64,000 nucleotides of DNA from Vicinamibacteria bacterium (lineage in GTDB: Bacteria > Acidobacteriota > Vicinamibacteria > Marinacidobacterales > Marinacidobacteraceae): NCBI GenBank assembly GCA_963668695.2, contig CAXXLQ010000004.1, positions 3,840,001 through 3,904,000 of the forward strand, given 5' to 3'. This document shows, in pieces, positions 1-10,256 of the stretch. Position numbers and translations under genes: made by a program. The notes beneath the pieces are model-generated. The model was not told the DNA's origin and did not search any database. It saw only the letters and a list, made by a program, of their open reading frames with translations. Position 1 is the stretch's first letter. Every line of letters begins with the position of its first letter.

Positions 1-2
1 GC

Positions 3-152
3 GGGCCGCAAGACGCTCCCTACCGGATCTTCCGGGGCGGGAGTTGGGCGGACAGCGACGAGCGGATCGCCAGCGTCTTCTATCGAAACTTCACGAGACC
101 CGATACCAGGATCCACAGCATCGGCTTCCGGTGCGCACTTAGCAACCCGTGA
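3..152 (+). CDS. 3' end of formylglycine-generating enzyme (FGE-sulfatase/SUMF1) family protein, partial
   Basis: Manual translation gives IFRGGSWADSDERIASVFYRNFTRPDTRIHSIGFRCALSNP*, with the RGGSW...GFRC C-terminal signature; stop TGA at 150-152. Confidence 0.8.
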   Translation, partial: GPQDAPYRIFRGGSWADSDERIASVFYRNFTRPDTRIHSIGFRCALSNP

Positions 153-164
153 ACAGCGTGAGCC

Positions 165-429
165 GGAAGCCCGAGCCAGAAGGGCTGGGGGTCGGGTGAC
201 CCCGTCCCCCGTCCCTTCCGCTCCGGGGTCTCCGCGGTGCTGGCGCCCCGCTCCGGAAGCGAGCGGCGATGCATCCCGCCTGAACCGCGACGCTTCGCGT
301 CGCTCATCGTTGCGCTTCGGTCGGAATACACCAGGTATTCCTCCCTCGCGCGCCTTGTCAGCCGGGCGCCTCGCCCCCACCGGGAGGACTGGCCGCTCTC
401 GGTGCTCACCTCACCCTATCCACGGACTG
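165..429. mobile_element. MITE-like repeat copy (partial/degenerate) fused to one 90-bp unit; contains one micro-insert at 373-394
   Basis: Core ttgcgcttcggtcggaatacaccaggtattcctccctcgcgcgccttgtcagccggg shared with other copies; reverse complement resembles the 30008-30711 copy. Confidence 0.75.
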
Positions 430-457
430 CCAATCATCCAAGAGAGGAAGAAACGGA

Positions 458-1474
458 ATGACCAAAGCTCGGAACAACGGAATGGGACGCCGCGAGGCAC
501 TCCGTCGCCTTTCGGCCGGAACCGGCGGAGCGGCGCTCGGCGCGACCGGAGGGACGGCCTTCGGCGCGGGGGTGGCAGCCTGCGCCCCCATGGGCTCGGA
601 GGCCGCCCCGGACCCGGGACAGCGGTTCCGGACGATGCTCGGCGCCGGAGACCCGGTGATCTGCCCGGGGGCCTTCGACGTCATCTCGGCCCGCCTGATC
701 GTCGAAATGGGCTTCGAGACGGTGCTCATCGGCGGAAGCGCCGCGTCCGCGGCGAACTGGGGAGTCCCGGATTACGGACTCGCCTCCATCACCGAGCTGA
801 TCGAGATCGCCTCCCGCATCGCGGGGAGCGTCCCGGTTCCCTGCTTCGCGGACGCCGACGACGGGGGCGGCAGCCCGCTCGCGGTGGCGCGGGCAGTCCG
901 CGGCTACGAGCGGGGCGGCCTCGCCGCGGTGATGATCGAGGATCACGTCCAGGCGAAACACCTCGGAGAAGGCGGTGTGCTGATCGAGGTGGGCGCGATG
1001 CAGGACAAGATCCGCGCGGCGGTGGACGCCCGGAAGACCGGCATGATGCTGGTTGCCCGCTGCGATTCCGTTTCCATCGGGCAGAGCGAGGCGGAGGCCA
1101 CGGAGCGAGGCGCCGCCTACGTCGAGGCCGGAGCCGACCTCCTCTTCTTTGCCGGACTGCCTCCCGAGAGCATGGGCGCGGTAGCAGAGGCGGCCGGCCG
1201 GCCGGTGATCGCGAGTGTCCACGACACACCCATGACCACTCTCCGGGAAAACCGGGTCCCGCTCGTCCTCTACGCGGGACAGATGCTCCGCCTCGCCCTC
1301 GGGGCGATGCGCCAGGGACTCCAGGACATCCACGACGGCGCGACCTGGCCCGGCTACGCCGACCGCGCCCTTCCGGGCGACACCTACCAAAACCTCATCC
1401 AGTCCGGGAAGTGGCGCGAAGACGCCGGCCGCTACAACCTCGTGGATGAGAACGGCCGCCAGGTCCGGGGGTAG
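458..1474 (+). CDS. Isocitrate lyase/PEP mutase superfamily protein with Tat-like/lipoprotein signal
   Basis: PGAFD, ADADDGGG, IEDH and VARCD motifs; N-terminal GRREAL followed by VAAC; SD agagagga upstream. Confidence 0.85.
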   Translation: MTKARNNGMGRREALRRLSAGTGGAALGATGGTAFGAGVAACAPMGSEAAPDPGQRFRTMLGAGDPVICPGAFDVISARLIVEMGFETVLIGGSAASAANWGVPDYGLASITELIEIASRIAGSVPVPCFADADDGGGSPLAVARAVRGYERGGLAAVMIEDHVQAKHLGEGGVLIEVGAMQDKIRAAVDARKTGMMLVARCDSVSIGQSEAEATERGAAYVEAGADLLFFAGLPPESMGAVAEAAGRPVIASVHDTPMTTLRENRVPLVLYAGQMLRLALGAMRQGLQDIHDGATWPGYADRALPGDTYQNLIQSGKWREDAGRYNLVDENGRQVRG

Positions 1475-1497
1475 AACGAGGCGCGAAACGCCAGCCA

Positions 1498-1600
1498 GGA
1501 GCGCCCCCCTTTCAAAGCGGCACGCCAGCGCGGAGGAACGCCGCTCTTCAGAGCGGCATCGCCCGCGCATGGGAACGCCGCTCTTCAGAGCGGCATCGCC
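1498..1600. repeat. REP-like hairpin cluster (ggaac-gccgctct-tc-agagcggc-atcgcc x2 plus one degenerate copy)
   Basis: Identical direct copies at 1535-1563 and 1572-1600, each with an 8-bp stem. Confidence 0.75.
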
Positions 1601-1672
1601 AGCCTGAGGCTGGCGAAACTCCCGTAGCCATCCCAGACGACGGCGACGGCGCTGCGAAAGAATCCAGGATCC

Positions 1673-2260
1673 GTGAACCCCCTCCCCGGGAAACAGATCA
1701 CCCCCCGCAACCGGCAGGAATGGCGCCGTTGGCTGGCCGCCAACCACGGCACGGTCCCCGAGGTCTGGGTCGTCTTCTACAAGAAAACCGCCCAGCGAGC
1801 TGGTCGGCCCACCCTCACCTACGACCACGCCGTCGAGGAGGCGGTCTGTTTCGGCTGGATCGACGGCCTCAAACGGCGCGTTGACGACGAACGATACGCC
1901 CACCGCTTCACACCGCGGAAACCGGACAGCCGGTGGTCGGAGAGCAATCGGGTGCGGCTCGAAAAAATGAGGTCCCGGGGCCTCATGACTCCCACCGGTG
2001 AGGAAGCGGTCGAGGCCTCGATACGGTCCGGCGCCTGGGAGAAACCCGCGACCTCGGCACCCCCGGACGTCCCGGCGGAGCTACTCGCCGCCCTCGAAAG
2101 CGATCCGCAGGCGCGCGCCGGCTGGTTGAGGCTCCCCCGCTCGGAACGGCGCCGCTACGAAACCTGGATCGGCATCGCCAAGCGGGCCGAAACCCGAGCC
2201 CGGCGGCTCACCGAGAGCCTGGACCTCCTCCGCCGCGGCGAAAAACTCGGAATGCGCTGA
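1673..2260 (+). CDS. YdeI/OmpD-associated family protein
   Basis: WRRWL..NH, AVEEAVCFGWIDG, FTPRK..SRWS..N, AKRAETRARR motifs. Confidence 0.9.
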   Translation: MNPLPGKQITPRNRQEWRRWLAANHGTVPEVWVVFYKKTAQRAGRPTLTYDHAVEEAVCFGWIDGLKRRVDDERYAHRFTPRKPDSRWSESNRVRLEKMRSRGLMTPTGEEAVEASIRSGAWEKPATSAPPDVPAELLAALESDPQARAGWLRLPRSERRRYETWIGIAKRAETRARRLTESLDLLRRGEKLGMR

Positions 2261-2289
2261 ACCATCTCCCGCCGGTGTAATTGTAGTTC

Positions 2290-2310
2290 GGATAGAATAG
2301 TATTCTATCC
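2290..2310. promoter_or_regulatory. Palindromic operator overlapping a -10 box of vapBC (probably leaderless)
   Basis: Perfect 10-bp inverted repeat ggatagaata-g-tattctatcc directly before ATG 2311; contains TAGAAT. Confidence 0.75.
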
Positions 2311-2565
2311 ATGAGCACAACCATCCACCTCTCGGGTGACCTGCTGGCGGCCGTAGACCGCCGCGCGCAGGATCTGAGAGTCACCCGGAACCGATACATC
2401 GTCCGGGCGCTCGAACGATCCCTGAGTAGTGACACGGAGTGGAGCCCAGCATTCGTCGAGGAACTCCGTGCTGCCCGCCACGATCCGGAAGACCATAGGG
2501 TCCTCGCCGAAATGCGTGCCGCGATCAAGGCGAATCGGGAGAGCAAGGGGCCTCCGGCACTTTGA
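2311..2565 (+). CDS. vapB: Ribbon-helix-helix antitoxin (VapB/CopG-like)
   Basis: 84 aa, TTIHL strand followed by RNRYIVRALE helix; 4-nt overlap with the PIN gene. Confidence 0.75.
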   Translation: MSTTIHLSGDLLAAVDRRAQDLRVTRNRYIVRALERSLSSDTEWSPAFVEELRAARHDPEDHRVLAEMRAAIKANRESKGPPAL

Positions 2566-2969
2566 AGTACGTCCTCGACACGAACATCGTCTCCCTAGCC
2601 ATGGCGGGCACACCATCCGTCACAGAGCGCATGTTTTCCCTGGCAAGAACCGATGTGCTGCTTCCACAACCCGTCATCGCCGAGATCGAGTACGGAATTG
2701 CCCGGTTGCCGGAGTCTGGGCGGCGCCAGCGCTTAGCCGGACGCCTTGAGAAGTTCGTGGAGAACACCTCCGGAGTGCCATGGACCGCCGACGTCAGCCG
2801 TGCTTTCGGCACAACCAAAGCCGATCTCGAGGCTCGGGGCCAGCGGATCGAGGACTTCGACGTGGCAATTGCCGCCCACGCCCTCGCGCTCGACGCGGTC
2901 CTGGTTACCGACAACACCGCCCACATGGGCCGGATTCGCGGGCTGCGACTCGAGAACTGGGGCGCATAG
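2562..2969 (+). CDS. vapC: PIN-domain VapC toxin
   Basis: YVLDTNIV, AEIEYG, DVAIAAHAL, LVTDN motifs. Confidence 0.92.
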   Translation: MKYVLDTNIVSLAMAGTPSVTERMFSLARTDVLLPQPVIAEIEYGIARLPESGRRQRLAGRLEKFVENTSGVPWTADVSRAFGTTKADLEARGQRIEDFDVAIAAHALALDAVLVTDNTAHMGRIRGLRLENWGA

Positions 2970-3007
2970 CACCTGGCCTCGTGTGTCTCGCCGCCCTATG
3001 GGCGGCG

Positions 3008-3033
3008 ATGCCGGCCGGAGGCCGGCGGTCCCT
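3008..3033. repeat. REP-like hairpin (gatgccggccggaggccggcggtccc), empty-site version
   Basis: Imperfect palindrome between convergent genes; related copies at 59113-59158 and 60531-60556. Confidence 0.65.
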
Positions 3034-3128
3034 TTCCTAAGCGCGATGTGGCAGAGTGGTCCCGCGTTATCCCGACTGGTGCACCATCTACTCCAGTAGC
3101 GATGCCGGCCCGGAGAGCGGCGGTGCCG

Positions 3129-4076
3129 CTACTGGGACGACAGGCTGCGGTGGACCAGGCGGACGAAGCGTTCGGCGTTCACGAAGCCGGCCGCGTCGGG
3201 AGACCAGCCGATGTCGGTTCCGATTCCGGTGACCAGTGCGACGTAGTCGGCCGCGGCGTCGTCCTCGCTCTGGCCCGCCTCGACGCGCTCGCTGATCCGC
3301 TCCCGGGCCATGCGGAGCGCTACCCCGTACTTGACCAGGGTGGCGCGGTCCGCGACCGGGCCGTGACCCGGAATGATCTTCGTCTGGTCGTCGGTGCTCT
3401 CCGCGACCGCCTCGGCGGCCGCAATCAACCCGTCGATCCCGCCCCCTGAGTCCACGTCAATGAACGGGAAGGCGCCGTTGAAGAACAGGTCCCCCATGTG
3501 GACCACGTTCGCGCCTCGGAAGAAGATCGCCGAATCGCCGTCGGTGTGGGCATGAGGCTGGTGCCGGACTTCGATGGCGAGGCCATTCCAGTGCAGGGTG
3601 ACCTCCTGCTCGAAGGTCACTACCGGCAGGGCTTCGGGGGCCGCCTGGTCGCTGCGGCCGACCAGGTCGGCAAACTCGGCGGGGTTCAGGCGGCGCCGGA
3701 CGTTCTCGTGGGCCACGATGAGGCTGCCGGCCTTTCCGAGGTTCTCGTTGCCGCCGGTATGGTCACCGTGCCAGTGGGTGTTCACCAGGAAGCGCACCGG
3801 ATCGGTGGTGATCGAGCGCACCGCGGCGAGAATCTTGTCGGTCAGCGGCGCGTACTGATCATCCACCAGCAGGGCGCCGTCGGAGCCGGTGGACAGGCCG
3901 ATGTTGCCCCCGCTCCCAAAGAGGACGTGGATGCCGCCGCCCAGATCCTCGCTGGTGATCGAGACGGCGTCCCAGTCCTGGTCCTGGGCCGCGGCTGGAA
4001 ACGCAGCGAGCGAAAGGCAGATCGCGGCGAGGAAAACCGGCCGAGGGCGGCGATACGATGGATCAGTCAGGAACAT
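3129..4076 (-). CDS. Secreted MBL-fold metallo-hydrolase (cyclase-like)
   Basis: NTHWHGDHTGGN, HTDGD, GDLFF, IPGHG motifs; signal peptide. Confidence 0.92.
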   Translation of the reverse strand: MFLTDPSYRRPRPVFLAAICLSLAAFPAAAQDQDWDAVSITSEDLGGGIHVLFGSGGNIGLSTGSDGALLVDDQYAPLTDKILAAVRSITTDPVRFLVNTHWHGDHTGGNENLGKAGSLIVAHENVRRRLNPAEFADLVGRSDQAAPEALPVVTFEQEVTLHWNGLAIEVRHQPHAHTDGDSAIFFRGANVVHMGDLFFNGAFPFIDVDSGGGIDGLIAAAEAVAESTDDQTKIIPGHGPVADRATLVKYGVALRMARERISERVEAGQSEDDAAADYVALVTGIGTDIGWSPDAAGFVNAERFVRLVHRSLSSQ

Positions 4077-4154
4077 GGCGTAACAAACTCCAGAAGAAGG
4101 GCAAATGCGGCCACACGGATCCCGGTGGCCTGACGAGGGGCCGGCGGCGGGGTG

Positions 4155-5963
4155 TCAGCAGCCGACGCAGGCGTTGTTGTTCTTGGCGCCGTAGCTGGCG
4201 AGGAGCGCGATCGTTTCCGGGAACGGATTGATGCGCTGCACCGGACCGTTGGCGAGGTCGATGGTCGTCTGTCCGGTGCGGGCGACAGCCAGCGGGTCAG
4301 CGCCGTGGTCGATCAGGTACTGCACCATCTCGATGTCGCCGCGCGACGCCGCGTGGTGGATCGTGGAGTAGCCGTTGTAGTCGCGAACGGTCGCATCCGC
4401 CCCGCATTCCTCCACCAGGTATTTCACCGCCGGCAGCCACGCGTCGGGCGCGTGCCGGTGAGAGTTCGCGGCGAGTCCGAGGCCGTATCCCACTCCGGCC
4501 GCTGCATGGAGCGGGTAGACCGCCGGATCCCCATACTCGGCGGAAGGCAAGCCCGACGGATCCGGGGCTCCCTCTTCGATGAGCATCGGGAGACGACGAC
4601 GCTCCGGCACCTTGACCGTGGGGAGGTGGGGATCCGCCCCGTTCGCCACCAGCAGCTTCATGGCCGGGATGTCGAGCGAATAGGCGGCGCGCCAGAAGGC
4701 GGTCGCTCCGCTGCGGTCCACCCCGAGTTGATCCACGTCGTACACCGTGTACCAAAGCGAATTGTCGATCCGCGCGTTCACGTCGGCACCGGCGTCGATG
4801 AGCACCTGCATGAGTTCGAGATGCGAGACCTCCTGCTGCAGGTAGTCGGCCGGCTGCGGGTGACGCGCTTTCGGGATCCACTGTGTGTTGATCGTCCCGT
4901 AGAGCGGAGTCGCGTTCTGCGAATCCGCCATCGTCGGGTCGGCGCCCTGCTCGAGCAACCTCATTGCGAGGTCGAAATGACCGTTGATCGTCGCCATGAG
5001 CAATGGGGTGGTGCCGCTTCCCTCGGCGCGCTGGTTCAAGTCAGCGCCGGCGTCGAGCAGCGCCAGCGCGCTGTCGATCTGGCCTTCGCGGGCCGCGAAC
5101 AGGAGGGCGGTCAACCCGCCGTGGGTGCCGACGCGTTCCTCGTAGGTCTTGGGCTTCGGCTCGTTCGGATCACGGCTCTCGTCCAGGTCGGGGTTGAGCG
5201 GATCCGGGGGAAGACCGGCAGCACCCGTGCTGGTCCCGCTCTTGCCGACGCGGTCGGTCCCGTTGGCGGGGAGCGGACGCTCGGCCTGGATGATGCCGGT
5301 CCCTCCGCGCACCTCGGCAAGACGGGCCTGCCGCTCGCGGCGCTCTGCCCGGTCGAACCGCGAACGCTCGACGACGTCCAGGACATCCGCGGTGGCGGAG
5401 GCGTCCGCGCCGGCGTCCAGCAGGGCTTTGATCGCTTCGACGCGGCCCCGGACCGCTGCGAACATGAGCGGAGTGAGGTCCCACGCGGTTTCCCGCGCAT
5501 CCACGGGAGCTCCGTGGTCGAGAAGTGAAACCACCGTTTCAGGGACGCCGGCGGTTGCCGCCAGGTGAAGCGGTTGGGCGCCGGTAGAGGTCATGGCGTC
5601 GGCAGGGGCGCCGGCGTTGAGCAGAGCTTCGGCGACTCCGGCCTTACCGGCCGCCGCCGCCACGTGCAGCGGCATGTGGCTCCCGAGACGCGTGGTGGCG
5701 CGGACGTCCGCACCCGCCGCGATCAAGACCTCCGCAACCTCGCGGTTCCCCGTCTTCGCCGCCCAGTGCAGCGCCGTGAACCCGTCGCCCTGCGCCGCGT
5801 TCACGTCCGCGCCCGAACGCAGCTCCGCCTTCAGCGTCTCCAGGTCACCGCGTTTCGCGGCGTCCAGCACTGGCGACAGCAGCGCCGCATACCCGGCTCC
5901 GACCAGCACTCCCAGCACTGCGAGCAGTGCCGCCAGGCCGATCCATCGCTTTTTGATCTTCAT
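4155..5963 (-). CDS. Exported ankyrin-repeat protein (copy 1), C-terminal CVGC
   Basis: Many TALH/TPL...GADVN repeats; N-terminal hydrophobic segment. Confidence 0.9.
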   Translation of the reverse strand: MKIKKRWIGLAALLAVLGVLVGAGYAALLSPVLDAAKRGDLETLKAELRSGADVNAAQGDGFTALHWAAKTGNREVAEVLIAAGADVRATTRLGSHMPLHVAAAAGKAGVAEALLNAGAPADAMTSTGAQPLHLAATAGVPETVVSLLDHGAPVDARETAWDLTPLMFAAVRGRVEAIKALLDAGADASATADVLDVVERSRFDRAERRERQARLAEVRGGTGIIQAERPLPANGTDRVGKSGTSTGAAGLPPDPLNPDLDESRDPNEPKPKTYEERVGTHGGLTALLFAAREGQIDSALALLDAGADLNQRAEGSGTTPLLMATINGHFDLAMRLLEQGADPTMADSQNATPLYGTINTQWIPKARHPQPADYLQQEVSHLELMQVLIDAGADVNARIDNSLWYTVYDVDQLGVDRSGATAFWRAAYSLDIPAMKLLVANGADPHLPTVKVPERRRLPMLIEEGAPDPSGLPSAEYGDPAVYPLHAAAGVGYGLGLAANSHRHAPDAWLPAVKYLVEECGADATVRDYNGYSTIHHAASRGDIEMVQYLIDHGADPLAVARTGQTTIDLANGPVQRINPFPETIALLASYGAKNNNACVGC

Positions 5964-6014
5964 GCCCCGTCCTTCTCCTCCGGTCAGAGTCCTCGTTGCG
6001 GATTCCGGTCCTTG

Positions 6015-7403
6015 CTACACCGCCTGCGAAAGCGAGAACGCGCCCGTGCTGTTCCCGAAGGTTTCCAGATCATCCATCCCCAGCTTGTGCGCCAACGTCA
6101 GCATCACGTTCGCCAGCGGGGTCCCGGGCTCCGCACGCAGGTGCAGGTTGTGCTCCAGCGCTCCGTTCGCGCCTCCCGCCACAAAGAACGGAACACGCTT
6201 GTGGTTGTGGATGTTCGGATCCCCCATCGGAGACCCATACAGGATCATCGTCTTGTCCAGCAGCGTCCGATCCTCTTCCTGAATGCTCCGCAGCTTCTCC
6301 ATGAAATACGGAACCAGGCTCACGTGATACCGGTTGATCCGGCCCAGAACCTCAACCCGCTCGGGATCGTTCCCGTGGTGCGAGGCCGGATGGAACGCCA
6401 TCGATTCGCCGCTGTCCGGATACACCCGGCTCGACGCGTCCCGGCCCAGCTTCAAGCTGAACACCCGCGTCATGTCCGACTGGAAGGCCAGCGCCTGCAG
6501 GTCGAACATGATCTTCACATGCTCGTCGAACGAGTCCGGAACCCCTGACGGAGCGTCCGGAAGCTCACGAAGCTCCCCGCTCGTGTTCCGTTCCACGATC
6601 CGCTCGATCCGACGCTCCATCTCCCGGACGTCCGTCAGGTACCGGTCCATCCGGCGCACATCCTGCGGATCCAGCGCTCCCTTCAGCCGCTGCACCTCCG
6701 AACCGATGAAGTCCAGAACGCTCCGGCGCGCGTTCTGCCGCGCCACCCGGCCCTCCGGGGTTCCCCCCGCGCCGAACAACTGGTCGAACACGATCCGGGG
6801 ATCCCGCGTCATCGGAAGCGGCTCCGTCGGCGACGCCCAACTGATGGTGTCGGTGTAGACGCAGGCATACCCGTAGGCGCAACCACCCGCCTGGTCCACC
6901 GTCTCGATGCAGAGCTGCATCGAGGGAATCGGTGTGTCCTGGCCGAAACGGTTCGCATACATCTGATCCAGCGAGGTCCCGGCAAAGACATCCGAACTCT
7001 CGGTCTGCTTGGGATACGACTGGGTCAGGAACGCCGCGCTCGAGCGGAAGTGGTCTCCACCGATCTCACGCGCCGTGCGCGCCTCCGCGGGCTCCACATC
7101 GCAATCGCTCACGATCGTGACGTAGTCCCGGACGGACTCCAGGGAGCTGAGCGCACCCTTCGACAGATCGAAGTCCGCGCCCTCTTTCTCCGGAGTCCAC
7201 AGATGCTGCGATCGGCCGTACTTGTTGCTGCCCGCCGACCCGTGAACGATCTCGATCGCCACGAGCCGCGTCGGATCCTCTGCGGTCGGCTTCGCGATCA
7301 CGCTCGCCGGAACCATCGCGTCCAGGAACGGCAACGCGACCGTTGCTCCCGCTCCCCGAAGGAACGTCCGCCGTGGGAGGCTCTTGCCGGTCAGATAGTT
7401 CAT
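6015..7403 (-). CDS. DUF1552 domain protein (copy 1), Tat signal
   Basis: LPRRTFLRGAGATVALPFLDAM N-terminus; TSLDQ, YTDTISW, HPASHH motifs. Confidence 0.9.
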   Translation of the reverse strand: MNYLTGKSLPRRTFLRGAGATVALPFLDAMVPASVIAKPTAEDPTRLVAIEIVHGSAGSNKYGRSQHLWTPEKEGADFDLSKGALSSLESVRDYVTIVSDCDVEPAEARTAREIGGDHFRSSAAFLTQSYPKQTESSDVFAGTSLDQMYANRFGQDTPIPSMQLCIETVDQAGGCAYGYACVYTDTISWASPTEPLPMTRDPRIVFDQLFGAGGTPEGRVARQNARRSVLDFIGSEVQRLKGALDPQDVRRMDRYLTDVREMERRIERIVERNTSGELRELPDAPSGVPDSFDEHVKIMFDLQALAFQSDMTRVFSLKLGRDASSRVYPDSGESMAFHPASHHGNDPERVEVLGRINRYHVSLVPYFMEKLRSIQEEDRTLLDKTMILYGSPMGDPNIHNHKRVPFFVAGGANGALEHNLHLRAEPGTPLANVMLTLAHKLGMDDLETFGNSTGAFSLSQAV

Positions 7404-7695
7404 GGTGTTCTCCTGTCAGGGCGCCCCGCCGTCCCGGTGTTCCGGTGGGGCTGGAGTCGCTGTGTAGAGAGCCCGAGATCCTCGGGTGACTTGGATGATC
7501 CGGCCCAGGGTGGAACCGGCTGGGGACCCGCCGTTGCAGGGATACGCCCCCCACAAAGTACGGGATCGATGGGCTCCCATAACCGGACTAGGATAGGAAA
7601 TCAACCGTCCCGGCGCAAGGGGCATCCGGCCCGGTCGAGAACTGCTGCGAGAGCCGACTCCGGGAACCGGAGAGCGCCCCCCCAAGAGGAGGAGA

Positions 7696-10247
7696 TCAGG
7701 GCTCGCCCGCGACCGTGGTTTCGATCTCTGCGGGGACCCCGCCCTTCATCTGGAAGGCCGGGCTCGTCGCCACCCCCAGGATGAACGCTGACATCCGGTA
7801 GTCCGAAGCCTCCGCCTGCCGGACGATCTCCCGGATCAGCGGCTGATCGAAATACTCCACCCGCCGGCCCAGCGCGTACGCCATCAGGTTCTCCGTGAAG
7901 GTTCGAAGCAGCGGCGTCGGACGCTTCAGCAGCGCCTCCCGCAGGTCCCCGATGTTCTGGATCGGGGTCCCGTCGTAGAACTCACCCGAAGCGTCAATCG
8001 GCTGGCCCGCGTCCTTCACCCGCACTCTGCCCGTCACGTCGAACTGCTCCAGCGCCAACCCGATCGGGTCCATCATCCGGTGGCACGAACGGCACGCCGG
8101 GTTGTCCCGGTGGATCTCCAGCCGTTCACGCGCGGTCAACTCCCGGCCGTTCTCCGACGCTGCCGTCGCGTCCAGATCCGGAACGTCCGGCGGCGGTGGC
8201 GGCGGCGGACTGCCCAGCAGAACCTCCATCACCCACTTCCCACGAAGCACCGCCGACGTCCGATACGGATGGGACGTCAGCGTCAGCATGCTCCCGTGGG
8301 CGAAGATCCCACGCCGGTTCGGGTCCTGATACGACACCATCCGGTGCTCCGGACCGGCAATCCCCTCCATCCCGTAGTGCTTCGCGAGGCGCTCGTTCAC
8401 GAACGTGTAGTCCGCGGTGAACAGGTCGAAAACGCTCCTGTCCTCCGTCACCAGGTGCTGGAAGAACCGCTCCGTCTCCTCCACCATCGCCGTCTTCAAC
8501 TGCTGGTGGAAGTCCGGATACAACCGAACGTTCGGGTTGATCTTCTCCAGATCCTGCAGCCGGAACCACTGATACGCGAACCGCTTCGCCAGCGCTTCCG
8601 AGCGCGGGTCCGCGAGCATCCGACGAACCTGGGTCTCGAACGCCGCAGGATCCGACAACTGCCCCGCCTCGGCCGCATCGAGCAGCTCGTAGTCGGGGAT
8701 CGTCCCCCACAGGAAGAACGACAGGCGCGACGCCAGGTCGGTATCCGTCAGCCGGTACCCGAACTCCGCCTCCCGCGGGTCCAGCGGCTCCTCGATCCGG
8801 AACACGAAGTTCGGGCTCGCGAGGATGCCCTCCACTCCCATCCGGATCCCTTCTTCGAAGCCGACCGTCTCGGCCCCCACGTCGTAGAGCAACATCAGCG
8901 CCGCCCGACTTTCGTCGTCGAGACTCCGGCGATAGGCCAGCCGGCCCAACCGCGAAAGGATCTCCTCGGCGCACGGCCGTGCTTCGTCCGCTGCCAGCGG
9001 GCGGCAGGCGAAGATCGCCTTTCGGCTCGGCGTCTCCGACACCCCCGTGGTGTCGAACGGTCCCCGAACCAGAATGTCCCGCAGATGGGGAAGGCTGTGG
9101 ATCCCGTAGGTGAGCGCGATGTTGGTGCTCGCCAGCGACCATTCGTGCGGCGAGATCAGATCCAGCGTCGCGCCGTCAAACTGGCGCAGGAACGCAGCGG
9201 CCACCGTCCTGGGACCGGCCTTGATGAAGAGGGGCTCCGTGATCATCGTCGCCCCGTTGGGATCCGAGGTGTGCATCCACGGGTCGATGGAGAGGAGCGC
9301 GACCCGCTCTCCGTCGATCGAGATCTCGAGCTGTTCCGGGTTCTCCTCGGAGTTCAACGCTCCGGCGGCGGTGCCGACGACAGGGCCGCACACTTCGTGG
9401 TGCAGCGAAACGCGGAAGACGTAGTTCCCGTCCGCGGCAAAGGTGTGATCCACTGCGATCCCGCCGCGGGTGCCGTACGGGGCTCCCTCGACCTGAACCC
9501 GCTGCGAAGCCCAACGGGAAACGAAGTAACTGGTCTCGGCCGGTGCGGCGTCGGGGTCCCCTACGGCCAACCGGCTGATCTCGCCCGCCGCGCGCAGATA
9601 GGAGTCCATGAGCGTGGCCGACAGCAACTGGACATCCGCGATGTTGTCGAAGTTCGCGCTGATCGTGTCCTGCGGCAGATACTCGGCGGCATCCACGGCG
9701 AGCGCCAGGAGATCCCGGATGGCCGCCGTGTACTCCGCCCGGTTGAGCCGCTGGAAAGAACGGCGTCCCGGATTCGGTTTCGCCTCCGCGCTCGCGTCAA
9801 GCTGGGTTTCGAGCGACCCGGCGACCTCGGCGAGCACCTCCTCTCCGGGGCGCCGGGCCCCCGGCGGCGGCATCATGCCGAGCCGCAGCTTCGAGACCAT
9901 CTTTTCCGCGAGGGCGGCATCTTCCGGCGCGTTCCCGGCGTCGAAACCGGAGAGCGTCATGTTCCCGGTCTTCATGCGGTCGTTGTGGCAGACATGCAGT
10001 AGGTCCGCAGCATCCGGTTGTGGGCGGCCGCGTTTTCGGGGGACACCGCCACAACGGCGCGCTCCGTCGCTGACGGCTCCCAGGACCGAACGGTGGCGAC
10101 CGTCGGCCCGGAAGCGGTGGGCTCCGATCCTTCCAGCCGGGCCAGCCGGGCTTCAAGCCCGGGCGCCGCCGCCGCGACGGAAGACGCGAGCAGGCCGGCG
10201 AAGAGAACCGGAATCAGCGAAACCGCTTCCAGCCTGGATGTCCCCAT
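7696..10247 (-). CDS. DUF1592-family protein (PSD/PSCyt domains, c-type heme motifs), copy 1; apparent 1-nt frameshift at ~9993
   Basis: RLNRAEY, LASRLSFFLW, RGKWV, CRSCH..MDPIG; N-terminal ORF 9972-10247 joins if one base is restored in CMVCH, as in the paralog at 16115-16129. Confidence 0.85.
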
Positions 10248-10256
10248 CGTGGCGCC

